From the IMG/VR virus record IMGVR_UViG_3300035698_018097: a stretch of DNA of 64,000 nucleotides. One strand, given 5' to 3'. Below the pieces are notes generated by a model, which saw only the letters and a program-made list of their open reading frames with translations, made no database searches and was not told the DNA's origin. The translations under genes were made by a program, and so were the position numbers. The DNA is from an uncultured virus (IMG/VR IMGVR_UViG_3300035698_018097). Taxonomy: Duplodnaviria; Heunggongvirae; Uroviricota; Caudoviricetes. This document shows, in pieces, positions 46,370 to 59,129 of this stretch (position 1 is the first letter of the stretch; every line of letters starts with the position of its first letter).

Positions 46370-48408
46370 TTATGAAAGTAATATTAGAAATAAAAAGATC
46401 AAATAATCATTTTGAATTACATTATGCTATGGCGCCGGATGGTTATGAAACTACGGATGATGCGGAAAATATGGAGGTTTGTTATACCGAGGAAGTTTTA
46501 ACAAGAACTGGATTAACTGTTGAAAAATGTCAGAAGTTCATTGAATTTGAATGTAAAGAGTTTACTGAAAAGGCTCTTAATATATTAGACGGAGAATAAT
46601 ATGAAAGATTTCTTAGGAAAAGAATTAGCAATCGGCGATAAAATTGTTGGCGCAGTTTCTCATGGTAGAAATGCTGGTGCTTCACTATCGAAGGGAAAAA
46701 TTATTCGATTTACTCCAAAGATGGTTATTTGTGAATTACATGATTATACAGGCGCGTATGAATCTGAACGGAAAATTACTCCGGATAAAATAATAAAAAT
46801 GTCTTGACATTTTAAATTTTATAGCATACTATCTTAATCATGATAACAAACAAAGAAAAAAAATTCATCGTTGCTCTTCTTAAATACTACGAAATTGAAT
46901 CGGAGGAAATGGGGCAGATTCAACGGGCTGTCGGTGGAAATCTTGAAAGTCTAAATGATGTTCTTAACGAAAATGAATTAGACGAATTGATTATAAAACT
47001 CAACTGAATATTAATCATGAAAGAAAAACTACACATTGTATTTATCGTAAAGAGTGGATATGTCAAGTTCCGAGGGTCTGATGGCTCAACGGGATCATCT
47101 CCACTTTTTGGAAATTCGGTTTCAAAAAAAATCAAAGAACTAGTCGTTAGTTTTAAGCCAGATACTTACGAGGTTATTTAATTATGTTATTTAGAAACAA
47201 ATCACCTTTCGCTAAGAAATATTCCGTTATGAATTTTGATATGACGGACGAAGAATTTGAAAAACGATTCAACCGATGGAAATCTGGAGAATTTATTCAG
47301 GTTGCTTTTAATAATTTGAATGCTGGTGAACGAGAGTTTATTACAACTGGTATAACTCCGACTGAATGGAATGAAACCACACTTCCAAAAGAATAAAATA
47401 TTATGACTGAACAAATTGAAGAAGCTACATTGCGAGTAGAAGCAAGTTCCAGAGGCGGAGGGATTGAAATAGACCTCACTTCCTTTGGTTTTCCCGGAGA
47501 ACGGATGACCGCTTACCAGAATTATCTTGGTGGTGGAATGTTAGGAACGGTTCAAACTGATTGCACCGTTAGTGAATACGGACTTGTTCCAGAATTGGTA
47601 GAAATTGCAAAAGCACTCGCAGAATATTTTCACAACATTACTAACCCAGAAGACGATGAATGGTCAGGAAGCTCTTTTAAAGAAAATCAGTATAGACCAG
47701 CATCAGCATATTAATTATGAAAAGTAAACCTGTATGTGAACGATGCCAAGGCGGAGACATTGTAATTAATGCTCATGCTTCTTGGAACATAGAAACTCAG
47801 TCGTGGGAAATGCATGATGTTTTTGAAAATACTTTGCGGTGTTTAACTTGTGGCGCTCGAACAAATATTTTTTGGGTTGAAGATATAGAAACAGAAGAAG
47901 AAAAATCACATCTTGATCGAATTTTAGGCGGAACGCATGTTCCTCATTAATATGAAATTAATTCTTTTTTAGAAAAAACTTGACTTTTATATTAAAACAA
48001 ATAGATTTTATATTATGAAAACATTACCATTACTTACTGAACACGAAAAGCATGAAGCTATTGAAGCTGAGTCAATGATTGATACTCTCATTGATTCTGG
48101 TCTTGAGCCGGTTTTTTCAAGGAACTATTTATGAACAAATTCTTTTGAATCTTTTGGATGCGATTGGTCAGGCAAGAAATGCAATGGAGGAAATGGGAAT
48201 TTATGAAATTAAATGAATGCACATTTGGCCGTATGGTCATTACTAAAACTAAAGAAGTTGGCCATGTGGTCGGCCTTACTTATAACACGGACATTCGACA
48301 TACAGGTGGATTGCCTGATCAGGAATTATTTGATCGAACGATTCCCATTGTAAAGTTTGCGAGTGGTGAACGCGGGATACATCAAGGGAACCTTTCAAAA
48401 TTTTAGAT

Positions 48409-49155
48409 ATGAAGACTAAAATTTTATGTAAGATACTTGGTGGTTCACAACTATACCACTTAAGCACTCCTGAATCGGATGTTGATATTCGCGGAGTATT
48501 TACACATACAGATCCCGCTTATATTCTTGGAACGCGTAGATTTGATGAAACCAGACGCCAAAACCTTGATGAAGATACAGTTGTCAAGGAATTAAGTCAT
48601 TATTGTAACTTGCTTTCCAAGTCAAACACCGAAGCACTTGAATTATTATTCTGTAATATCTCAGAATTCACGGAAATTACTCCAGAATTCCGACTTTTAA
48701 GAGATTATCGGTTCAAATTCATTGATTCAAAGAAGCTTTTCGGATGTCTTCGCGGTTATATGCAAGGGGAAAGACGCCTTATGAACGGTGCAAAACCCGG
48801 TGAAATCGGTGGAAAAAGGTATAAAAAGCTTCAGGAAGTGGGATATTCACCCAAAAATGCAGTGCAATTGATGAGATTAGCTAATGTAGGCAGACATTTC
48901 TTCGAAACTGGAGAGTTTGTTGTCAACACGGAGGAATTCGGCATTGGAATTCATTCTCTTCTTTTGGAAATCAAAACCGAACCAGAACGGTTTTCAAAAT
49001 CCATGATTAATGAATTTGTTGATCGGTATGAAACAGCTTTGGTAGAAGAATTCGAATCCCGAAGAGAGTCATTTGCATTTGATGAAGATACACTTAACGA
49101 AGTGTTGATGGCAATTTATATGCCAATTTTGAAAAATTATAAAAATAAATCTTGA
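48409..49155 (+). CDS. RlaP-like pol-beta nucleotidyltransferase
   Basis: GSQLYHLSTPESDVDIRGVF; ELLF; GY..K.A..L.RL. Confidence 0.8.
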   Translation: MKTKILCKILGGSQLYHLSTPESDVDIRGVFTHTDPAYILGTRRFDETRRQNLDEDTVVKELSHYCNLLSKSNTEALELLFCNISEFTEITPEFRLLRDYRFKFIDSKKLFGCLRGYMQGERRLMNGAKPGEIGGKRYKKLQEVGYSPKNAVQLMRLANVGRHFFETGEFVVNTEEFGIGIHSLLLEIKTEPERFSKSMINEFVDRYETALVEEFESRRESFAFDEDTLNEVLMAIYMPILKNYKNKS

Positions 49156-49651
49156 CTTTTAAATAAAGCCGGTATAACTTAAAATCTTAAATAAAAAATA
49201 TCAATTATGAATAAAAATGAAGTAGCAAATATCCTGACAAAAGTGGTGCAGAGAGAAAGTGTCAATCGTGACACTCTTCGAAATGTCGCACGATCTGTAA
49301 AGGTGAAGCAAGGCAAGAACAAGCGAGAGTTGGAAGGCAATCTTATTACTTATGCTGAAAAGCTCGGTATCACTCGAGGTCCTGGTCGGCCTGTGGCGCG
49401 ACGCGAAGATGTCATTGGATACAAGGTAAAGATTGGTTTGCGGTATCCAAAGGCCAACGGAATTTTAACAACCAATATGCGAGATGGTGAAACTTATCCG
49501 GACAAGGCGGCTTGTCAAGTGGTTGTTGACCAGTTAGTTGCCGAAGGGAAGATCCGGCTCTGGGGTGGATCGGTTAGGGCCAAGTTCCTTCCACGGTATG
49601 ACTCCAAACAGTAACTTTTGACAGTTCCTATTAATCCCATATTAATCCTCG

Positions 49652-49690
49652 AGAAGGCGACCTCAATTTTTTGTGGTCGCCTTCTTTTTT
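49652..49690 (+). terminator. Intrinsic terminator
   Basis: AGAAGGCGACC/GGTCGCCTTCT plus T run. Confidence 0.85.
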
Positions 49691-51216
49691 ATTGACATTT
49701 AACATTTTATACCATTTAATTGCATCATGAATTTAACTAAATTTGTTCCAGCTCCTGAACTTGAGAAAATCATTGTGGAGCGATTGAAAAGCGAAACACA
49801 AACTTTGGTTCTGAGAACTTTCAAAACTACAAAGCTGTATCTTCCAACCACAACGTTGGTGATAACTGAGGCAATGAAAGACTTGGAAGAGTTCGAACCG
49901 GACGGAATGATTGGACCTTTACAAATTACAAGCACGACTATTGAGCCGGAACAATATGGTTCGAAGAATAAATTGCTACAGTTCAATTGTCATTATTTTG
50001 TTCATGGCCAGAAGGCGCACGAAACTCGATTGCGGCGAATGAGGATGAAGATGATTAACGGGTTTACTGCGTTGAGTGAAAATTCAACTAAATATTTAAT
50101 GAGTTTGTTGCGAAGGGACCAAACAGGTCATCATGATCCATTTGAAAATCTTCCAGCTGGTGGTAAGATTCTTCGCTTAATATTGGCTGATCGGGAACAT
50201 ATCCCGAATAAGAAAGAAGAAAAAGAAATCAGACGAGAAGCTGCAAAGGCTAATCGTGGTTCAAGAGGAAAGAACAGATAATGGAAAATCTCGAAAGAAA
50301 ACAATTGTTGCAAATGCTTGATAGTTCTGCTTACGATGTGACGCAGGATATGCGTCAGGCTGAGGAAAAGCTTCACAGTTTAGCACAACAAAAACGGTAT
50401 TTAGCTCGTCTGACTAAAGAATTCTCATTTACAGATGACATGGGAATATATCTTCAGATTATTTATGAGGATGAAACAAATCCGAAAGACGATGAGAATT
50501 CCAGGTTGGTTAAGGCTGCTATTGAATTAATTAATTCGGAATATGAAAAGTCAAAATATGAAGGACGAGATGCAAAGGCATTTTTCAGAACTCTGTTTGG
50601 TCGTGCCGACACTTCCTTAACATTAGCATTGGAAAAATCTTTATGAGCCCAAAAGAAGAGAACGAGAAAGCATTAAAAGAAATTCGTGAAGTAACCGATG
50701 GTGCTTTAGATGGAGCGACTCTTATTGAAGCGGTATCAATTCTAATTTCGCAAAGGGATAATGCTCGACATTGTATGGAGGTTTTTCGGAAAAAATTAAA
50801 AGAACTTGGGCACGAATATGTTTGACATTTTGAATTTAATTATTTAATATTACCACAATGAAAACAATAAGTATATGTGCCAAATGCAGTGATTTATTTA
50901 ACGCCTCCCTTTGCGAAGATGGGAAATTGATTGGAGAATACGACGGATATGTTCCTGGTTTCTTTCCTGGAGATCATTATGGTGATTATGTTGAATTGAA
51001 AATTGATATTGCCACCGGAAAGATTCTTAATTGGTGTCCGCCTAGAGGATCAGATTTATCTATATTCAAGAAACCGGACGAACGTGACTTTTAAGTGAGA
51101 ACTTAGAATGGTGGAACGAATTGCTTCACACGCCCTTCCAAATCGAAGTCAACTTTTTATAGGTTGGCTTCTTTTTTGTCTTGACATTTTAAGTTTTAAC
51201 TGTCTTAATTATCACC

Positions 51217-51792
51217 ATGAAGATCGACCTTACAAAGATACCAGAAGATTTCGTTACACGACCAGTAGAGGTTGCTGGGGAAATGTGTTACTTAATATTC
51301 CCGCCTCATATTGGTATAAAATGGACTAAAGATAATTTAATCTATCGTTCGCTGGTAGTTAATTCAGAAGGTTATATAATCTCTGCTGGTTTCCCGAAAT
51401 TTTTTAATTGGAATGAACAGCCAGATTTATGTTATACTCCGTTCTCATTAACTGCTAACGGCGGAGTTCAGCTCATTGAGAAAATTGATGGCTGTTGTGA
51501 CGAAAATACAATTTTGATTACAGAAGATGGTGAAAAAACAATCAGAGAGATTTGTGAAACTAAATATAAAGGTTGTGTGTTGACATACAATCATGATAAT
51601 GAATCAGAAGAATTTTCTCCGGTCTTAGCACATTTTATTCAAGATAATAATAATGATTGGTATGAATTGGAATTGGGAGATGGTTCTACTATTAAGTTAA
51701 CTGAAAATCACCAAGTATGGCTTTCAGATTTGGGATGTTATCGTAGAGTGGATAAACTTAACGGCGACGAAAACATTTTATTGAAAAAGTAG
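51217..51792 (+). CDS. RNA ligase (T4 Rnl1-like) N-extein fused to split-intein N-fragment
   Basis: FPKFFN and EKIDG, then intein block A (CCDENT, from 51493) and block B (LTENH); ends after 99 intein residues. Confidence 0.9.
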   Translation: MKIDLTKIPEDFVTRPVEVAGEMCYLIFPPHIGIKWTKDNLIYRSLVVNSEGYIISAGFPKFFNWNEQPDLCYTPFSLTANGGVQLIEKIDGCCDENTILITEDGEKTIREICETKYKGCVLTYNHDNESEEFSPVLAHFIQDNNNDWYELELGDGSTIKLTENHQVWLSDLGCYRRVDKLNGDENILLKK

Positions 51793-51824
51793 ATAACTTA
51801 TCAACTTTCTTCATATTTATTAGT

Positions 51825-52718
51825 ATGAAGAAAAAAAGTATTGATGATTTATTAATAGAATACAATGTATGTGAAGAATATTTGAGGAACGCATATATTG
51901 AACGTGAATTAAGTCTTCCAAAAATTAAGGAGGAAATTGGGCTGCCATTAAAAACAACCCAAAAATTACTTAATCATTTTAATATACCAATTCGTTCAAT
52001 ATCCGAATCTAAAAAAACAAAAACATTTAAAAGGCAGCATAAGGAAAATCTCGAATCCAAATATGGCAAAGGCATAATTAATATATCCCAAATTGAATCG
52101 GTAAAACAAAAGAAAGAAAAAACATTTTTTAAAAATTATGGTGTTGATAACATATGGAAAAGCAAAGAATATTATAAATGGCTTGATTCATATATGATAG
52201 AGAAATTTGGGTCTAAACGAACTGGATTTGCTGTTTGGAACCGTCAACAACATTCAGAAAATGCAAAAAATCAATGGAGAAAATTAACTACTGAGCAACG
52301 TGAAGAAAAAATTAAACAACTGTTGATGAATCTTCATAAATCAGCATCAAAGAAAAATAATTTGGAATGTTTTGTTGCTGAATGTTTAGATGATTTACAA
52401 ATTTCTTACAATCGTCCATTTAAAATTGGAAATTTTGTTTCTGACTTTTATCTTCCACAATTTGGTTTGATAATTGAATGTAATGGAGATTTTTGGCATG
52501 CTAATCCCAACAAATATATTTCATCTGACATATTAAAATGGCCAGGAACCAATGGGATTACGGCAAAAGAAATATGGGATAAAGATAAAATAAAGATTGA
52601 TTTTTTAAAAAATAAAGGGTATGATGTATTAATAATTTGGGAGTTTGACATAAAAAAATATCCTCAAAAAATCTCAATTACTATTTTAAATGAAATTAAA
52701 AAGCATCAAAAAAATTAA
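51825..52718 (+). mobile_element. Free-standing Vsr/DUF559-like putative homing endonuclease
   Basis: DFYLPQFGLIIECNGDFWH...D..K...GY.VLIIWE; KYG/NYGVDN repeats; lies between the split-intein halves. Confidence 0.8.
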
Positions 52719-53619
52719 ATCTAATTCAAAGAGATACGATATTCAAACACCGTCATCTAATTTCTTTGCAAATAGCATTTTAATTCATAATTCAACTTTA
52801 ATCGTTTCACAGTATTTAGGTGAATTAATTATCCGAACTAGAGGAACTATCTCAGCTCAAGCTCTAGAAACAGGTGATGAAATTGAATTGTTAAAAGAAA
52901 AGTATCCAAAAGCTTTTGACAATGGTTTATTAGAAACTAATTATTCTGTAATTTACGAATGGGTTACTCCGCATAATAGAATTGTTATTAAGTATCCCGA
53001 GCCTGACATTTATTTGATCGCGGTTATTAATCACGAAAATTATTCTATGTTAAGACAATCCGAATTGGATTATTTTGCTCCTCATTGGAAGGTGAAGCGC
53101 CCAAGAACTTACACTTTCAATACTTTAGAAGACATGCACGAAGCGGTTGAAGCTTTCAAAGGTGTTGAGGGAATCTGTTGCTATTGTAATCATGGTCAGG
53201 ACATTCGAAAATTAAAAGGTGCTCAATATTTAAAACTTCACCATTTAAAATCCGAATTAGCTTCATTTGAGAAATTATTAGATGTTTATATAAATCAAAA
53301 TCGTCCAGATTATATTACATTTTTTAAATACATTGAAGATAATTTTGATTTTGAAATAGCTAATGCTATGATTGGCGAAATTTCTCAGTGTTGTGATTTA
53401 AATAAGAAAGTTGAATCTGCTATTGATGGGATGAAATCTTTTTTAGATAAACTTGAAAACGATGATACGGTACGAGTTCGGAAAGATTATGCAACAAGAA
53501 TTTTTCAAGCTTACGGCCAAACCAATAAAACAGGATTTGTATTTACATTATTGGATGGTAACGAATTAAAAAAGAAAGATATCAAAAAACTTTTTTATCA
53601 CCAAATAAAGAAAAAGTAG
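52690..53619 (+). CDS. Split-intein C-fragment (34 aa) fused to RNA ligase C-extein
   Basis: RYDIQT..NFFANSILIHN|S (blocks F/G), then STLIV, RTRG, YEW, NRIV, EG and RKLK ligase motifs. Confidence 0.9.
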   Translation: MKLKSIKKIKSNSKRYDIQTPSSNFFANSILIHNSTLIVSQYLGELIIRTRGTISAQALETGDEIELLKEKYPKAFDNGLLETNYSVIYEWVTPHNRIVIKYPEPDIYLIAVINHENYSMLRQSELDYFAPHWKVKRPRTYTFNTLEDMHEAVEAFKGVEGICCYCNHGQDIRKLKGAQYLKLHHLKSELASFEKLLDVYINQNRPDYITFFKYIEDNFDFEIANAMIGEISQCCDLNKKVESAIDGMKSFLDKLENDDTVRVRKDYATRIFQAYGQTNKTGFVFTLLDGNELKKKDIKKLFYHQIKKK

Positions 53620-56113
53620 TTGACATTTTAAATTTAATAGCATAATATTTTGGTAACACTATGAATAAATATTGTCAACCAACATTGGAAAAAATATATA
53701 GTTCACAGACCATTAAATTCAAATCTTATTGTTGTAAAAACCAAGGATGGTTAGCAGTAAAAAGGGTTTTACTTGATGAATTAAATTTGCTTGACAAGAT
53801 TTCCGAAAAATCCCGACAAAGGGGAAGATCGGTATATCTTAGTGATGGAAATGATACGGAAATCTTTCTTATTGAATTAAAAAGACGGAATATAAATCAT
53901 AGAATTATTGAACCTGATTTTTATTATGAGAGTTCATGTATTATGAGTTATCTACCTTTTAGGTTCAATGGAATAAAAACAATTCAGCTCAACGGTGAAA
54001 ACGTAATTGTCAACGGTAAACAAATCGGGACTTTGAAAAAATTCTTTTGTTCGTGGCTTCCATATGGTTATCAAAATAGATTGTCTTTACACATTGATGG
54101 ACAGGAAGCTAAATGGTTTGATCCAGATCAAAAAGATAAAATAATAGATGAAATTAAAAACTTGACATTTTAGATTTAATAGCATAGTATTGGAACAATG
54201 AAAGATATTAAACAATTAAACGAAATATATTCTGACAATGTTAAAATTGTTTTTGAAATAGATTGTGGAGTAATTATAACTGTTTTTAAACTGCCTGTAA
54301 AAGATATATTAAATAGAGTGCATAATGCTGAAGCCAACCGTATTGGATATCATATAGAAGGCAACACTCTCGTTCTGATTCATGCTGATAGTTTTTATGG
54401 TAGAAAAATTATAGCATTTTTTATTGATAAAGCAACCGCCTGACTTTTTATAGAACAAAATCCTCTACGTTTTCCAGGACCAATACTAATTATTGGTGGT
54501 GGGTGGGGTTGAGGACCTTCCTAGTATATATTTTTTCTAGTTCTAGTTAGCAATTACGTGGCGATTTTTATAAAAAAGAATCTTGACATTTTAAATTTAA
54601 TAGCATAGTATTTAATCATGAGTTATCCAATATTACCAAAAAGAGTTTTTCGCAGTCCGTTGATTGAGTTTGCAAATTTCAAAGATGGAAGTCATGTAAA
54701 TTTGATCCGGCTAATCAAACCATATGCCAACGGAAATTCTTATGCTGTCCACGAAACAACTACAAGCCCGTTTTGCTCAAGCGGAATGTTTAAAACATAC
54801 TTACGAGCGAAAGAGAAATTTGATTTAATGGTTAGGAACGCTAAGACAGAAAGCGACTTACGGGATCACGGTATCACTGAAAACTGTCCCGAACCTATAA
54901 AAAGTAGTTGACAAATTTTAAATTCACAGAAACGGGGGTTTACAGTAGTATGAATACAGATCCAACATTTTTTAAACGATTATTTGATTGGAATTTTGAT
55001 TGGGAATATGGTCGATGGAATTCCGGTTTATATCATCATGGTGCTCTTGGTCGCTGGGGCTGGATAGGAATATCGAAGAAATTCCCATCGCTTCCAACAA
55101 AATATGTGTGGTGTCAATCTGATAAAGAATTTATGTCTGGATTACCTCGTTGGTTAAAGACCGATTCAGAATTAAAAGGAAAATTAATTCATGAATCTTG
55201 AAATTAATGATTGACTTTTGAAATTTAATCTACATTATAATTATTATGAACATTAAAATTGTAAAAGCATCTTTTCACAGAAATGGTATTAGTGGCGCTG
55301 GATTCACTTGTATTTTATTTGAAGCACCATCGGAAACAAATGATCTTATGATGGCTACATTGTTTGATGATGTCGGATATTGTGCTGTCTATTCAGTTCC
55401 GATGCTTGCTAATCAGAATATTGGATTTGCTATGGGTAATTCCTGGAGGGGTGATTTTTTTGAATATGATTTGCGAGAAGCATTAAAAGAATATAATAAA
55501 ATCGATGACAATCGGGTCATGGGAATGTTTGCTGTTCCAGACATGAAATAAGTCTTGACTTTTGAAATTTAATAGCAAATATTTAAAACATCATGAAATT
55601 AAAATATCAAACGGAAGATAATATACTTTTTGATTCAGAAGCGGAAGCGAAAGTTCACGAAACTTGTTTGGGTGCAGATGAAGTTACACAGAAATTGGAA
55701 AGATACAAACAACTGTATGCTGGGGTTTCTCTTATTAAACTGCATCCGCTCACTGAATATGGTGTTTGGGAAGTAAAAGGCGAAGACCCGAATTGTGATT
55801 TTGGTGGAAGCCATTACAATCCATATTTGTTTACTGCTGAGGGCCTTCTTTTAGATGTATTGAAAAAAGCTGTCGTTACACAAGGATTTTGGTGCTGGGG
55901 CGGAGGGGGGGAAATTAAAAAAATAGAAGTGGAAAAAGTATAATCATGAAATTTTCAAAACTAATAGAACATATAATGTCAACTTCACCAATTGTCCTTT
56001 TCATTGCATTTGTTAGCCTTGTGTGTTATTACACATATCTCCTGCTAACATTTATTTTGTCATTTTTATAATTGGTGATTGACTTTTGAAATTTAATTAC
56101 CATACTCGTTGTT

Positions 56114-56533
56114 ATGGTTCATAAAAGACAACTCACCAATTACTCTTGTGCAGCAGCTTGCTTTTCCATTGTAACTGGAATCCCTGAACGGGAAGCCATT
56201 GAGATGTGTAAAACGAAATGTTCGGGAACCCACATGTTTCAGGTTGGTTCCGCACTTCATGATCTGGGAAAACAACCTCATTTTGTCACTTTGAATTTAC
56301 CCATTGAGGAATGCTGGTTTTTTAAGTATTGGAAATGGCCAACAATTATCAATGGTCGTTTTAAAACTCGGTATCATAAGAAGGGAAGGCCGCGTGAAAG
56401 ACAGCATGCTTGGGTATTGCAGAAGGGAATGGTATATGATCCTGGAGTTAAAAGAGAATTTCCCTTGGAAGCTTACTTTCATACTTTCGATAGTCTATTC
56501 ATTAATGATGTAATTATTGTAGAAAAGCCTTGA
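56114..56533 (+). CDS. Peptidase C39-like protein
   Basis: Q....SCAAAC...HAWV...YDP (Gln/Cys/His/Asp arrangement). Confidence 0.65.
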   Translation: MVHKRQLTNYSCAAACFSIVTGIPEREAIEMCKTKCSGTHMFQVGSALHDLGKQPHFVTLNLPIEECWFFKYWKWPTIINGRFKTRYHKKGRPRERQHAWVLQKGMVYDPGVKREFPLEAYFHTFDSLFINDVIIVEKP

Positions 56534-56565
56534 CTTTTGAAATTTAATTATCTATTGTATTCACC

Positions 56566-57279
56566 ATGAAGATTGAACAAAAGATTCAGAAACTCTTATC
56601 ACTATCCAATTCGTGTAACCAAATGGAAGCGGAAGCGGCCTTCGCTAAAGCTAAGGCACTCGCAGACAAATATGGATTGGAATTGGAACTCGCGGCGATT
56701 CAAGCCGGAACCGAAGCACAAAAAGAACCTTTCGATGAATGGACAATCTTTGAAGGAAGGCTTCCTGTGATTCATAAGTATATCACTTATATCATGCAGG
56801 ATTATTTCAAAGTCATAACTTTGTATGTCCGTTGGTATGGTCAAACTACGATGACTTTCGTTGGTCGTAAAAACGATGTTGAGATTGCTAAAGAAGTTTA
56901 CAATCGGTTAATTACGGTTTTTGATTATCTTTGGAAACAATATAAGACCGTTCATCGGTTGACAAATCGTGAAAAGGCTTCTTACATGTTCGGTTTGAAA
57001 ACTGGATTAGATTCTAAACTGTTTGAACAACAGAATAAAACAAAGAAAGAAACAATTCAGTCACTTCCGGAACCAATTCGGGCTGATTGTGGTGAAAAGT
57101 TGGAATTGGCTATCGTTACTGAACAGCAGAATTTACAGAAAGCTTTGGTGAAAATGCACCCAAAACTTGGAAAGGGACGAGGTCATAATTACGGTTTCAT
57201 ATCCCGAAGAGATGTATATTCAGATGGTCAAGCTGCAGGTAGAAATATCAACACTTCCGCAAGTTTAGCATTAAATTAA
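56566..57279 (+). CDS. DUF2786-domain protein
   Basis: KIQKLLSL....EAEAAFAKAKAL..KYGL; FVGR..DV..A; SY..G; G..AG. Confidence 0.75.
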   Translation: MKIEQKIQKLLSLSNSCNQMEAEAAFAKAKALADKYGLELELAAIQAGTEAQKEPFDEWTIFEGRLPVIHKYITYIMQDYFKVITLYVRWYGQTTMTFVGRKNDVEIAKEVYNRLITVFDYLWKQYKTVHRLTNREKASYMFGLKTGLDSKLFEQQNKTKKETIQSLPEPIRADCGEKLELAIVTEQQNLQKALVKMHPKLGKGRGHNYGFISRRDVYSDGQAAGRNINTSASLALN

Positions 57280-58151
57280 TCATGAAACAAGTATTAGCGG
57301 TTTATTGTGATAAATACACGAATCCAAATGGATTTGGCGAAGGGATGCATTGGGAGTATTATACTCTGAATGAAGACAAAACTTGGCATTTGAAAGAAGA
57401 TGGTTACGGATGGAAGATTGAAACTCTTGATCTTCACAAATTACATTCTCACCGGAATTTCATATTCGCTGATTCAATGGTTCAGATTAAGGCTCTTATC
57501 AAAGAAAGCGATTTCGTTCGAGAACATGGTGAACGGGAGAAAGAAGAATATGATTTCGTTTGCCCGAATTGTGGATATACATTTAATAGTCCCGAACCGT
57601 CAATGGATTGTGAATATGGCGGAATATTTTTGGATGATAAGCATTTCAATATCGATTGTCTTTGTGGTAAAAAGATAATTGTAAGAGTTGACTATAAAAT
57701 AAAGAAAAAAATATCAGTTGAGTTATTTAGATATTGACTTTTTAAATTTAATAACATAACATACTCAAATAAATCAAATAAGTGTCAACATATCAAAAAC
57801 AGAATAAATTATGAAATACGTATCAGTAAGTCGCACACAACCAACAATTAAAAAGATGCACCACTCTCAGGAGATAAGGTTTAGGTCCCACAATCATAAA
57901 AACGATCAATGGGTATCCGTAAAACAAACATTGATTGACGAGATGTCATTTACTAATAAGGCTTTTCAGAAAGCTCATAAAAGTGGTGGCACAGTATATC
58001 TTGGTGGCAATGATAAAAAACTATTTTTCAATAAATTAAAATCACAGAATATAGGAGTTAAAATTCTCACACCTGAGCGTCCCATTAATCACAGTATTGC
58101 CCGTTCTCCAGCTTTTTAAAAGAAGATAGGAAATAATTTTGTATTGAAAAT

Positions 58152-58182
58152 CCGGCTTCGATGATAACGAAGCCGGTTTTTT
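58152..58182 (+). terminator. Intrinsic terminator
   Basis: CCGGCTTCG/CGAAGCCGG plus T6. Confidence 0.85.
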
Positions 58183-58808
58183 ATTATTTAGATATTGACT
58201 TTTTAAATTTAATTGTTGACTTTTAGAGGCTGATAGTCTTTACTATAAACCATGAAAGTAACACTTAAGAAAATTCGTCACGCTCGGAATATGTCAGACG
58301 AAACAAATGCTTTTACGGCTGATGTTTATGTTGATGGAACAAAGATCGGTTCGGCTGAAAATCATGGTCGTGGTGGAAATACTTTTGTTCATTGTCATGA
58401 TAGAGTATTAGAAAAGAAAGTGAATGATTATTTCAAATCACTTCCCAAAACTTATTGTGAAGAACACAATTTCAGTTATCAACCAACATTAGAAAATTCG
58501 GTTGATGAGTTGGTTGAAGAGGATTTAGGTCTTCGTGATTTGAAATCATTCATCCGAAAAGGTGTAGTCATTCTTAAAAACGGAGTTTACGATCCGACTT
58601 GTGTTGAATATTATACATTTCCACCACGAGCCACTCCACAATTAAAGTCCCGTTGGGTAACTCAGATAATCGTAAGAGCCGCGAAAGAGAAAAATGGTGA
58701 GTTTGTCGTTAATGATATGACCAAAGAAGAATTACTTAATATCGTAAAGACAAAGAAAGCGGTATTACTTTCTTGACATTTTAAATTTAATTACATAATA
58801 TTACCACT

Positions 58809-59129
58809 ATGAAACTAATCACCAAAGCAATTGAAAAGAAACTTGAAAAAGCTGGTTATGACGGCGACAAACCAATTTGTAAATTCTTCAATCCGTGTGG
58901 AGCAGCTACATGGATTATTTTCGGACGTGACGAAGAAAATCCCGATATTCTGTTTGGTGTGGCTGATCTTGGATTTGGGTTAGTAGAAGCAGGCACTATT
59001 TCTTTATCAGAACTTCAAAATACTAAACTAATGTTTGGTCTTGGTATTGAACGAGACTTACATTTTTATCCTGATGAGGAATTGACTTTAAAAGATTTTT
59101 TAGGTTTGGAAAGTTTGTCACGGTTTTAA
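58809..59129 (+). CDS. DUF2958-like protein
   Basis: KFFNP.GAATW...FGVADLGFG..E.G.ISLSEL...IERDLHF. Confidence 0.8.
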   Translation: MKLITKAIEKKLEKAGYDGDKPICKFFNPCGAATWIIFGRDEENPDILFGVADLGFGLVEAGTISLSELQNTKLMFGLGIERDLHFYPDEELTLKDFLGLESLSRF

